Shown here: positions 46,070 to 54,657 of the stretch, piece after piece
Layout of the letters: the number at the start of each line of letters is the position of its first letter
Position numbering within the stretch: position 1 is the first letter of the stretch
Assembly (NCBI GenBank): GCA_036339295.1
Contig: JAYZBK010000079.1
Location: forward strand, 240 to 64,239
Reading direction: 5' to 3'
DNA: 64,000 nt
DNA from: Planctomycetota bacterium
GTDB lineage: Bacteria > Planctomycetota > Phycisphaerae > Phycisphaerales > SM1A02
Notes under the pieces: generated by a model
What the model was told of the DNA's origin: nothing
The model's database searches: none
The model's input: only the letters and a program-made list of their open reading frames with translations
Position numbers and translations under genes: made by a program

Positions 46070-46474
46070 GTGACCGCAACGACCATCGATGAGACCGCCA
46101 CCCTCCGCATCGAGTCGGCCGGCGACGGCCAGGGGGTGTTCTCCATTCCCGGGACGCAGTACCGGCTTCACCTCGCGACGGAGGTCGATCTCGCGGATCG
46201 CGTGGGCCAGCGGATCCGGGGAAGGATCACCGGGCACGCGCTCCGCATGCACCAGGCCTCGGCCGGCGGGAACTTCATCGAGCCGCTCGACGGCCGACCG
46301 CGGATCGTGCAGGGCACCGTGCTCGCGGTCGATCCGTCCTCCAACGAGGTGATCGTCGACCTCGTGGTCCCGTTCCGCCTCTCGATCGCGGAAGGACAGG
46401 CCCCCGGCATGTTCGCCTCGGGCGAGATGGTGAACTTCTACGTCGAGCCGGGCTGCCGCTTCGAGGCCGACTGA
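46070..46474 (+). CDS. Hypothetical 134-aa protein
   Basis: GTG 46070 preceded by GGAG. Very high GC3 in this frame. It is the last part of spurious track ORF 44330..46474. No recognisable motif. Confidence 0.55.
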   Translation: MTATTIDETATLRIESAGDGQGVFSIPGTQYRLHLATEVDLADRVGQRIRGRITGHALRMHQASAGGNFIEPLDGRPRIVQGTVLAVDPSSNEVIVDLVVPFRLSIAEGQAPGMFASGEMVNFYVEPGCRFEAD

Positions 46475-46497
46475 AGGACCACCCCGACGCGCGACCC

Positions 46498-47079
46498 ATG
46501 CTGCTCCTGATCGACAACTACGACTCCTTCACCTGGAACCTCGTCCAGCGGTTCGGCGAGATCGCGCCGGACCTCGACATCCGCGTCGTGCGGAACGATG
46601 CGATCGGCGTGGAGGAGGCCGAGTCGATGGCCCCCTCGCATCTCGTGATCTCCCCGGGTCCCTGCACGCCGGACGAGGCCGGAGTGAGCGCCGCGATGAT
46701 CGATCGATTCCGGGGGCGGATCCCGGTCCTCGGGGTCTGCCTCGGCCACCAGACCATCGGGGACCTCCACGGCATGACCGTCCGGCGACACGAGGTCCCG
46801 GTCCACGGCAAGACGTCGATGGTCCACCACGACGGCAAGGGCGTCTTCCGCGGACTCCCCAACCCGTTCCAGGCGACCCGCTACCACTCGCTGGTGGTCG
46901 ATCGCGAGACGATCCCGGAGGGCTGGGAGATCTCGGCCTGGCTCGACGACGGCCTCGTCATGGGATTGCGCGGTCCGGGACCCGGGACGCCCATCGAGGG
47001 CGTGCAGTTCCATCCCGAGAGCTTCCTCACCCTCGAGGGCCCCAGGCTCCTCGCGAACTTCCTCGGGACCGGCGGCTGA
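46498..47079 (+). CDS. trpG: Glutamine amidotransferase, anthranilate/aminodeoxychorismate synthase component II
   Basis: LLIDNYDSFTWNLVQ, GVCLGHQ (catalytic Cys), QFHPES. The trpG versus pabA role cannot be decided from sequence. Confidence 0.9.
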   Translation: MLLLIDNYDSFTWNLVQRFGEIAPDLDIRVVRNDAIGVEEAESMAPSHLVISPGPCTPDEAGVSAAMIDRFRGRIPVLGVCLGHQTIGDLHGMTVRRHEVPVHGKTSMVHHDGKGVFRGLPNPFQATRYHSLVVDRETIPEGWEISAWLDDGLVMGLRGPGPGTPIEGVQFHPESFLTLEGPRLLANFLGTGG

Positions 47080-47092
47080 GCCGGCCGCTCAG
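47076..47092. terminator. Hairpin spanning two convergent stop codons
   Basis: CTGAGC (47076-47081), CGGCC, GCTCAG (47087-47092). It includes the TGA of trpG and the TCA (stop) of the minus-strand gene. Confidence 0.25.
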
Positions 47093-47892
47093 GCGGCGGT
47101 CCCCGCGACGCCGTCCCGAGTCACGAGGAAGAGGTCGGGGGTGATCGGGTACGGGAGCCGGCGATAGTCCTGGTCCACCCGCTTCCGGAGGCGATCGACG
47201 AAGTGGCTCGGGTTCGCGGTCATCGCGACGAACATGTCGCGGGCCGGCGCCGCCACGAGGAAGTCCCCGTCCAGTTCCGGGGCGAGACGTTGATGGAGCT
47301 TCCCGAGAAGCAGCCGGGCGGCGTCGTATCCGTCGTGCTCGTTGACGATCGCGGCGCGACCGCCATCCTTGCTCTCGACGATCTGGATCTCGAGATCCGG
47401 CGAGTACCGCTCGAGGTTCCGTCGCGCAAGCTCGTCGAGGTCGTCCATGTCGACGCCCCAGCGGATCGCCTGCTCGACGGTCAGCGAGACCGTGACCGAG
47501 GGCATGTCGACGACGAAGACCACCACCGTGCCGTTGACCCAGGGAATGTGCGCGACCTGCTCGCGATCGAGCTGCTCGAAGATGCTCGTCGGCTGGATGC
47601 GGGGCATGATCCGATGCCGGGCGATGTCGAAGGGAAGCACGCCCACGCCCGCGCCGTCGCCGTCCAGGATCTTCTCGAGGTAGTCCTCGACGATCTCCGT
47701 GCCTCTCTCCGGGTCGCCCAGCACCATCCGGTAGACGTTCTCGAGACCGAGGTGCCGTCCGTCCACGATCAGGTCGAACGGACCGGTGAGGGTCGCGCCG
47801 CGATCGGGCCAGTGTCGATTCAGGATCGACAGGACCTGTTCGCCGAACGCCTCGGGTTCACGTGGTAGGTGCGCCATTCTCAAAGCCTCCAT
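47089..47892 (-). CDS. Hypothetical protein, DUF1444/UPF0354-like
   Basis: ORF 47089..48120 trimmed to ATG 47892 (or 47877). Family guess is from overall pattern only. High GC3. Confidence 0.55.
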   Translation of the reverse strand: MEALRMAHLPREPEAFGEQVLSILNRHWPDRGATLTGPFDLIVDGRHLGLENVYRMVLGDPERGTEIVEDYLEKILDGDGAGVGVLPFDIARHRIMPRIQPTSIFEQLDREQVAHIPWVNGTVVVFVVDMPSVTVSLTVEQAIRWGVDMDDLDELARRNLERYSPDLEIQIVESKDGGRAAIVNEHDGYDAARLLLGKLHQRLAPELDGDFLVAAPARDMFVAMTANPSHFVDRLRKRVDQDYRRLPYPITPDLFLVTRDGVAGTAA

Positions 47893-48047
47893 CGACGTGC
47901 CTCGGCACGACTGGATCGAGTCCCGACTCTGGTGTGATCGGCCCGATACCTCGCCCGCTTCTGTCCGGTACGCTCGATCGGGTCGAATGGTTTGACCGGA
48001 ATGGCCGGTCCTCGGCCGAGCGAGCTTCAAGACCGATAATCCTTCCG

Positions 48048-48944
48048 ATGGAGAGCCCCGGGATGTCCGACCCTGGCGCGACCGTGCAAGACGATCATCC
48101 GACGCAGGCCCTCCAGGCATGGTGGGACCGCGGCGCCCGGGACCCCGACCGACCGCTCATGGTCATCGCGGGGCCCTGCGTCCTCGAGGACGACGACGTC
48201 AATCGATCGATCGCCGAGACGATGCGGGCCGCGTGCGAGGCGGCCGGCGCCTTCTTCGTCTTCAAGGCCAGCTTCGACAAGGCGAACCGATCGAGCATCC
48301 ACTCCGACCGCGGCCCCGGGCTCGAAGCCGGCCTCGAACAGCTGGGAAGGATCCGCGAGGCGTTCGACGTGCCGGTCCTCACCGACGTCCACGAGCCCGC
48401 ACAGGCCGAGGATGTCGCGAAGGTGGTGGACATCCTGCAGGTGCCCGCATTCCTCTGCCGCCAGACCGATCTCCTCGCGGCTTGCGGGTCGACCGGCCGC
48501 TGCGTCGCGGTCAAGAAGGGGCAGTTCCTCTCCCCCGCCGAGATGCAGCTCGTCCTCGAGAAGCTTCGCGAGTCGGGTTGCACCCGGATGATGGCCACCG
48601 AGCGCGGCACCTTCTTCGGGTACCACCGACTCGTGACGGACTTCATCGGCCTCGGGGACCTCGCCGAGATCGCGGAGGCGTACGACGCCCCGATCTGCTT
48701 CGATGCGACCCACAGCACGCAACTCCCGGGGGGCGGTGGTTCGACGAGCGGGGGCCGGCCGGAACGAGCCCCGCTGCTCGCCCGGGCCGCGGTGGCGGCG
48801 GGCGTCGAGGCGATCTTTCTCGAAACCCACCCCGACCCCTCCAGGGCCCGAAGCGACAAGGCGACGGTCCTTCCGCTCGAGGAGGTCCCCGATCTTCTCG
48901 GGCGCCTGGTCCGGATCCGGGAGGCGGCGGCCTCCGGAGTCTGA
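48048..48944 (+). CDS. kdsA: 3-deoxy-8-phosphooctulonate (KDO-8-P) synthase
   Basis: IAGPCVLE, FKASFDKANRSS, DVHE, QVPAFLCRQTDLL, KKGQF, ERGT.FGY, FDATHS. ATG 48063 (GGAGAG 7 nt upstream) is an alternative start. Confidence 0.9.
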   Translation: MESPGMSDPGATVQDDHPTQALQAWWDRGARDPDRPLMVIAGPCVLEDDDVNRSIAETMRAACEAAGAFFVFKASFDKANRSSIHSDRGPGLEAGLEQLGRIREAFDVPVLTDVHEPAQAEDVAKVVDILQVPAFLCRQTDLLAACGSTGRCVAVKKGQFLSPAEMQLVLEKLRESGCTRMMATERGTFFGYHRLVTDFIGLGDLAEIAEAYDAPICFDATHSTQLPGGGGSTSGGRPERAPLLARAAVAAGVEAIFLETHPDPSRARSDKATVLPLEEVPDLLGRLVRIREAAASGV

Positions 48945-48998
48945 AGTTCGGGGGTTTCGGGGCCCCGGCCGATGGCGGGTCGCTATCGTGAGAGGGTC

Positions 48999-49499
48999 AT
49001 GAACCCGAAGTGCGACCGATGCGATCGACCGGCCGAAGTGCACGAGATCGACGTCAAGAACGGCGTCCAGGTCCACCTCTGTCGCGAGCACGCGATCGAG
49101 GCCGGGTTCCAGCTTCCGGACACGCCCCCCGTCGCCAAGGTGCTCTCCGACCTTTCGAGCATGCAGGTCCAGGTGTCGACCCAGCCGACGCGGAAGGCGA
49201 CGGAGTGCCCGTCCTGCGGAACGACGTTCGTGCGGTTCCGGAAGACCGGGCTCCTTGGTTGCGCCGAGTGCTACGGAGTCTTCGAGAAGCCGCTCGAATC
49301 GGTCATCGCCCGGAGCCAGAACGGCGCCACCACCCACGTCGGCCGGACGCCCGAAGGACAGGCCGAGATGGTCGATCGCGTCGCCCTTCGCCGATCGATC
49401 CTCGACGAACTCGAGCGGGCCGTCGCGAGCGAGCAGTACGAACGGGCGGCCGAGCTCCGGGACCGGCTCCACTCCCTCCCCGACGGATCCGCGCCGTGA
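48999..49499 (+). CDS. mcsA: McsA-like protein arginine kinase activator (zinc fingers + UVR motif)
   Basis: MNPKCDRCDRPAEVH, CPSCG...GCAECY, C-terminal UVR-like EQYERAAELRDRL. Confidence 0.8.
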   Translation: MNPKCDRCDRPAEVHEIDVKNGVQVHLCREHAIEAGFQLPDTPPVAKVLSDLSSMQVQVSTQPTRKATECPSCGTTFVRFRKTGLLGCAECYGVFEKPLESVIARSQNGATTHVGRTPEGQAEMVDRVALRRSILDELERAVASEQYERAAELRDRLHSLPDGSAP

Positions 49500-50548
49500 G
49501 ACTCGAACGTCGCGGCCCGTGGATCGAGTCCGGCGGCGCGGACGCCGATGTCGTGATCTCGAGTCGGGTTCGACTGGCGAGGAACCTCGCCGGCTTCAAC
49601 TTCGTGAACCAGTCGACCGACGAGGAGTCCCGAGAGCTCGTGAGGCTCGTCCGGTCCTTCGACTTCTCCGACTCGCCCGGCCAGTGGATCGACGTCGACG
49701 AGCTCGCCGAGCCGCAGCGACAGCTTCTCGTCGAACGCCACCTCGTCTCGCGGCCCTTCCTCGAGTCGTCGACGCCGCGAAGCGTCCTGATCGGCCAGGA
49801 CGAACGACTCAGCGTCATGGTGAACGAGGAGGATCACCTGCGGGTGCAGGTCATCCTGCCCGGCTGCGGGCTCGAGTCCGCGTGGGAGCGGGCCACGGTC
49901 ATCGACGAGCGACTCGAGCGCGACGTCGAGTTCGCGGTCCATCCCCGCTGGGGCTACCTGACCGCCTGCCCGACGAATCTCGGGACCGCGATCCGCTTCT
50001 CGATCATGGCCCACCTGCCCGCCCTGCGGATGACGAACGAGCTCGAACGCCTCCGGAGGGCCGCCAACGCCCTCGACCTCGCGGTGCGGGGCTTCTACGG
50101 CGAGGGGTCGGAGAGTTCGGGCGACTTCTACCAGGTGAGCAACCAGATCACCCTCGGCGTCTCCGAATCGGATCTCCTGGGCCGCTTCGTCGGCTCCGTG
50201 GTGCCACGGATCGTCGAGTACGAGCGGATGGCGAGGAACATGCTCCTCGATCGCAGCCGCCCGCAGCTCGAGGATCGGGTCCATCGCTCGCTCGGCCTCC
50301 TTCGCTCGGCCCGTCTCCTCGGTGTCGACGAGGCGATGAAGCACCTCAGCCGGGTTCGTCTCGGTGTCGCCCTCGACCTGCTCGACGGCGTCGCCCTCGA
50401 GGCGGTCCAACGGCTCTTCCTCGAGGTGCAGCCGGGCCACCTGACCCTCGACGATCGCTTTCCCGGCGAGTCGGTCCCGGCGGACGAGCTGGACGAGACG
50501 ATGAAGTCGGTCCGCGCGACGCTCGTGCGGACCGCCCTCTCCAACTGA
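49496..50548 (+). CDS. mcsB: Protein arginine kinase
   Basis: GTG 49496 overlaps the mcsA stop (GTGA). SSRVRLARNLAGFNF, NEEDHLRVQ, CPTNLGT, SNQITLG: guanido-kinase catalytic domain. Confidence 0.85.
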   Translation: MRLERRGPWIESGGADADVVISSRVRLARNLAGFNFVNQSTDEESRELVRLVRSFDFSDSPGQWIDVDELAEPQRQLLVERHLVSRPFLESSTPRSVLIGQDERLSVMVNEEDHLRVQVILPGCGLESAWERATVIDERLERDVEFAVHPRWGYLTACPTNLGTAIRFSIMAHLPALRMTNELERLRRAANALDLAVRGFYGEGSESSGDFYQVSNQITLGVSESDLLGRFVGSVVPRIVEYERMARNMLLDRSRPQLEDRVHRSLGLLRSARLLGVDEAMKHLSRVRLGVALDLLDGVALEAVQRLFLEVQPGHLTLDDRFPGESVPADELDETMKSVRATLVRTALSN

Positions 50549-50570
50549 ATTCGATCGATCGGAGCCGCGC

Positions 50571-50858
50571 TCAGCCGGCGTAGACGCGGTCGCAATGGCG
50601 AGCGAAGTCGACGTCCTTCTCGGAGAGCCCGCCGGCGTCGTGCGTCGAGAGCGTGAGCGTCACCTTGCTGAAGCGGATGAGGATGTCCGGATGATGCTGG
50701 ACCTCCTCGGCGTGCATGGCGACGCTCCCGACGAAGTCGATGGCGGCCTTGAACCCACCGAAGACGAAGGTCCTCTGGATGGCGTCGCCGCTCCGCGACC
50801 ATTCCGGCAGGCCGGCGAGCGCGTCCTCGATCGCCTCGTCGGAGAGTTTTTCGACCAT
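50571..50858 (-). CDS. phhB: 4a-hydroxytetrahydrobiopterin (pterin-4a-carbinolamine) dehydratase
   Basis: 95 aa. LPEWS...I.RTFVFGGFKAAIDFV..VAMHAEEVQHHPDI...FSKVTLTLSTHDAGGLSEKD. Confidence 0.9.
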   Translation of the reverse strand: MVEKLSDEAIEDALAGLPEWSRSGDAIQRTFVFGGFKAAIDFVGSVAMHAEEVQHHPDILIRFSKVTLTLSTHDAGGLSEKDVDFARHCDRVYAG

Positions 50859-50979
50859 CGTTGCGTCCTCCCAAGGGTGACCGACCCACTATAGCTGGAC
50901 AGGCGGACGACCTCCTCGGATGATGCCTGCGGTGATTCTCACCGGGCGGACCCGCCCACCTCCGACCGATCGGGATCCC

Positions 50980-51939
50980 ATGTCCGACGCGACGCCCATC
51001 ACCCGGCTTGCCCCGAGCCCGACCGGCGACCTGCACCTCGGAAACGCCCGCACGTTCCTTCTCAACTGGGCGATCGCCCGCCATCTCGGCTGGCGGATCG
51101 TGCTCCGGCACGAGGACCTCGACGCCAGCCGGGTCTCCGCGGACGCCTGTCGGGGGATCGAGGAGTCGCTGGCGTGGCTCGGCCTCGACTGGGACGGCCC
51201 GGCGCGTCGCCAATCGACCGATCTCGAGCCCTATCGCTCGGCGATGCGGACCCTCGCGGCCGCCGGGACGGTCTTCCGCTCGGACCTGAGCCGCCGGGAG
51301 ATCCGGGAAGCCGTGAATGCGCCGCACGGAGGCGAACTCGTCTTTCCGGCCTCGCTGCGGCCGGACGACCGCGACGACTGGCGATTCGAAGAATCGGGCG
51401 GAGGCCATCGGTTCGCCATGCGATCCGGCACCGAGTCGATCCGGGACGAACTCGCGGGGACCCACGACTTCGACCCGGCGAGGGAAGGCGGCGACCCGAT
51501 CCTCTGGACGCGTGACGGGCGACCGTCCTACCAGCTCGCCGTCGTCGTGGACGATCTCACCGACGGGGTCACCGACGTGTTCCGGGGCGACGACCTTCTT
51601 TCGTCTTCCGCGAGGCAGGTCCGACTGCGAACCGCCCTCGGGCGACCCGACCCGCCCCGGTGGTGGCACGTGCCGCTCCTGTTCGACGAATCCGGCCGAC
51701 GCCTGGCCAAGCGGGACGGCGACCATGGGCTCGCCGCACTGAGGGACTCGGGCGTCCCGGCCGACCGAGTCGTGGGACTGCTCCTGCATCTCTCGGGAAT
51801 CCTCGAGCAGCCGACGGAGATCCCGACGAAGGAGGCTCCGGGCTTGATCGATGTCGAGTCCTTGCGGACACTGTGCGGGTCGGAACGCGTCTCGCCCCGG
51901 CGCGTGACGCCCGGTCATCTCTCGTGGCTGACCGATTGA
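50980..51939 (+). CDS. gluQ: Glutamyl-Q tRNA(Asp) synthetase
   Basis: TRLAPSPTGDLHLGNARTFL (HIGH), RHEDLD, PSYQLAVVVDD, KRDG (KMSKS-like). Lacks an anticodon-binding domain (319 aa). Confidence 0.85.
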   Translation: MSDATPITRLAPSPTGDLHLGNARTFLLNWAIARHLGWRIVLRHEDLDASRVSADACRGIEESLAWLGLDWDGPARRQSTDLEPYRSAMRTLAAAGTVFRSDLSRREIREAVNAPHGGELVFPASLRPDDRDDWRFEESGGGHRFAMRSGTESIRDELAGTHDFDPAREGGDPILWTRDGRPSYQLAVVVDDLTDGVTDVFRGDDLLSSSARQVRLRTALGRPDPPRWWHVPLLFDESGRRLAKRDGDHGLAALRDSGVPADRVVGLLLHLSGILEQPTEIPTKEAPGLIDVESLRTLCGSERVSPRRVTPGHLSWLTD

Positions 51940-51953
51940 ACCCTGGAGGTCGC

Positions 51954-52475
51954 ATGCTTCGATTCACCGCCGCCGTCATCGCATCGCTCTCCGTGCTGGC
52001 GGCTCCCGGCTGCGACCAGCCCGGCGCTCCGGTCGACGGCGGTCGGGAGCGGGTCGTCCTCGGTGACCGGACCTTCGATCTCGAACTCGCCATGGGCACC
52101 GCCTCCCGGACGCGGGGCCTCGGCGGACGGGAGGCCATCCCGGAGGACGGCGGGATGATGTTCGTCTTCCCCGACGCCCAGCTGCGGCGGTTCTGGATGT
52201 ACGACTGCGTCATCGAGCTCGACATCGCCTTCGTGGACCCGATCGGCTTCGTGACGGCGATCCACACCATGCCGATCGAGACGCCGCGAGGCGCCGACGA
52301 GTCGATCCTCGACTACGAGGCCCGCCTTCCCGGCTACAGCAGTGCCTATCCCGCCCAGTTCGCGATCGAACTTCGGCCGGGGTCGTTCCAGGAACTCGGG
52401 ATCTCCGTGGGCGATCGACTCCCGATTCCCACGGAACGACTCAAGATGCTCGGTCAGGCGGCCGAACCCGATTGA
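51954..52475 (+). CDS. DUF192 family protein (lipoprotein)
   Basis: GGAGG 5 nt upstream of ATG 51954. Lipobox LAAPGC. GGMMFVFP...RFWMYDC...LDIAFVD...A.FAIELRPG. Confidence 0.8.
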   Translation: MLRFTAAVIASLSVLAAPGCDQPGAPVDGGRERVVLGDRTFDLELAMGTASRTRGLGGREAIPEDGGMMFVFPDAQLRRFWMYDCVIELDIAFVDPIGFVTAIHTMPIETPRGADESILDYEARLPGYSSAYPAQFAIELRPGSFQELGISVGDRLPIPTERLKMLGQAAEPD

Positions 52476-52540
52476 GGAGAACTCGACGCCCCCACCTCCG
52501 TGGGGGCCTCGGGCGTCTCGCCACGGGAGTCGGGGCAGGC

Positions 52541-53833
52541 ATGGATCGAGTCAAGGTGATGATGGTCTCGACGCCGGAGACGGCGAGGCAGGTCGAAGAC
52601 CTGCTGGGATCGCTCGCCGCTCGATGCGGCGCCCTGCCGGAACCACGTCCCGAACCGGTCGCGGTCCCCTTCGACGAACTCGGCACCCTGGACCTCGACG
52701 GCGTCGCCGCCGTGGTCGTCCTCGACCAGGAGGAGCCGCCCCTCGCGCTCCGTCGACTCGACTCCCGCCTCTCCTTCGATGCGGTCGTCACGTCGATCCG
52801 CATCGGCGGACGACCGCGAAGCGATGCGATGGTGCTGCCCGGCGACGTCTCGATCGAGGCGATCACCGCCTGCCTCCAGTCGATCGTCCATCGACAGCGC
52901 GAGATCGATCGCCTCCAGGCGGAACTCGCCACCACCGCCCGCATCGCGGAAGGCGTCCAGGAGGAGATGTCCCGGGTGGACGAGGAGCTCCAGATGGCCG
53001 CGATGGTGCAGCGGGAGTTCCTGCCTCGCGAACTGCCCAGCATCGCCGGGACCGATCTCGCCGCCATGTGGCGCCCGGCCGGATACGTGTCCGGGGACAT
53101 CTACGACGTCTTCCGCCTCGACGAGGACCACGTCGGGCTGTTCATCGCCGACGCGGTCGGCCATGGGGTCCCCGCCGCCCTGATGACCATGGTGATCTGT
53201 CGAAGCCTCCCGACCAAGGAGATCTCGACCGAAGGCGGCTATCGCGTGGTGCCCCCGGGCGAGGCGCTCGAGAGACTGAATCGATTCATGGTGTCCCGGA
53301 AGGGCCAGAACGCGCGATTCGCGACGGCGGTCTACGTGGTCTACGACACCCGACGACGCGTGGCGCGAATCGCCTCGGCCGGCCATCCCGCCGTGATCCA
53401 CCTCGCTTCGAGTGGAACCGACGATTCCCCGAAGGAGATCGGATCGACCGGGGGCCTGCTCGGGATCTTCGAGGACGAGCAGTACGGCGAGGTGGAAGTG
53501 GAACTCCGGCCCGGTGAGGGACTCGTCCTCCATTCCGACGGCTTCGAGCAGGCGTTCCCGCACGACCTCGCCGACCATACGAGGCGTCGGATCCCGAACG
53601 AGCGCTATCGCGAGGTGATCGCGGGCCTGACGTCCCGCGACGATCCGACCGACATGATCGACGCCGTGCGGCAGCTGCTGGACGATCACGGAGGGTCGCT
53701 GCACCAGGCGGACGACCTGACCATGATCTGCCTGAGGGCTTCCGCGGCGGAGGGACGGACCACGATCGACGAGGCGTCGACGAGCCATCCGTTCCCCCAC
53801 GGGACGTCGTCGCTCGATCGAGCGGCCGGCTGA
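52541..53833 (+). CDS. PP2C-type (SpoIIE/RsbU) serine phosphatase with N-terminal receiver-like domain
   Basis: MAAMVQREFLPRELP...GYVSGDIYDVF...LFIADAVGHGVPAALMTM...SAGHP...LHSDGF. Confidence 0.85.
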   Translation: MDRVKVMMVSTPETARQVEDLLGSLAARCGALPEPRPEPVAVPFDELGTLDLDGVAAVVVLDQEEPPLALRRLDSRLSFDAVVTSIRIGGRPRSDAMVLPGDVSIEAITACLQSIVHRQREIDRLQAELATTARIAEGVQEEMSRVDEELQMAAMVQREFLPRELPSIAGTDLAAMWRPAGYVSGDIYDVFRLDEDHVGLFIADAVGHGVPAALMTMVICRSLPTKEISTEGGYRVVPPGEALERLNRFMVSRKGQNARFATAVYVVYDTRRRVARIASAGHPAVIHLASSGTDDSPKEIGSTGGLLGIFEDEQYGEVEVELRPGEGLVLHSDGFEQAFPHDLADHTRRRIPNERYREVIAGLTSRDDPTDMIDAVRQLLDDHGGSLHQADDLTMICLRASAAEGRTTIDEASTSHPFPHGTSSLDRAAG

Positions 53834-53837
53834 GGAA

Positions 53838-54464
53838 TCAGCCCGGCCCGCGGGCGGCGAGAATCCGCTCGACGTGGGCCTCGATCATCTTCGACATCGC
53901 ATCCGCCTCGAGATTGACGAGGTCGCCCGGTCGCCGCGATGCGAGCGTCGTCCGCTCGAGCGTCTCGGGAATCAACGCCACCTCGAGACCGGAGACCTCC
54001 CCGAGTTCGTCCCGAAGACATCGGGCCACGGTGAGCGAGACGCCGTCGATCGCGATCGATCCACGGTCCACGAGATGGGGCCGGACCGACGGCGGCGCCT
54101 CGATGCGGACGCGCCAATCGTCCCCGCCGTCGATCTCGATGACGCGACCGCATCCATCGACATGTCCCTGGACGAGGTGGCCGCCGAGCAAGGTCTCCAG
54201 CGTGGCCGACTTCTCGAGATTCACCCGCGAGCCCTCGACGAGGCCCCCCAGCGTGGTCATCTCCAGCGAACGATGGACGACATCGAAGGAGACGACGCCG
54301 TCCCGGCACGCCACCACGGTCAGGCAGCAGCCGGAGACGCAGATCGAGGCGCCGGGATCCGGGAGCGGAAGAAGGCCCCCCAGATCGACCTCCAGACGGG
54401 ATCCGGTCGCGGTGACCTCCACCTTGCGAACCGTCCCCACGGCCTCGACGAGTCCTGTGAACAT
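53838..54464 (-). CDS. ribE: Riboflavin synthase
   Basis: ORF trimmed to ATG 54464. MFTGLVEAVGTV, SICVSGCCLTV, two lumazine-binding repeats (GGHLVQGHVDG, SIAIDGVSLTV). Confidence 0.92.
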   Translation of the reverse strand: MFTGLVEAVGTVRKVEVTATGSRLEVDLGGLLPLPDPGASICVSGCCLTVVACRDGVVSFDVVHRSLEMTTLGGLVEGSRVNLEKSATLETLLGGHLVQGHVDGCGRVIEIDGGDDWRVRIEAPPSVRPHLVDRGSIAIDGVSLTVARCLRDELGEVSGLEVALIPETLERTTLASRRPGDLVNLEADAMSKMIEAHVERILAARGPG

Positions 54465-54657
54465 GGCTGAAGGGTATCCCCCTCCCGGCCGAAGGGCCCG
54501 GATCCGGTCGGGCGAGGGCCGCGTATCCGGCCTCGAACGGGGCTTCGGGCGGCCCCCCGCCCGGAGGGACCCTCGCGATCGCTCGTCGACCGCCCGGCGC
54601 GTCGATACACTGCGGAATCTCGCGAGGGCGAGACCTTCAACCGGAGCCGTACCAGAC

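Noticed and set aside
38716-46079. 1232-aa (+, 38716..42414) and 1520-aa (-, 41517..46079) ORFs.
   Set aside because: Both are antisense or out of frame to well-supported genes (monooxygenase fusion, Gfo/Idh/MocA, repeat protein, MscS). Low-complexity Arg/Pro/Gly composition.
54465-54657. Possible FMN (RFN) riboswitch in the 193-nt leader upstream of ribE.
   Set aside because: Reading the minus strand, I could not find the conserved RFN core elements (for example the GGAUG...AGA and CCGACGGU-type segments), only generic GC hairpins. A covariance-model scan would be decisive.
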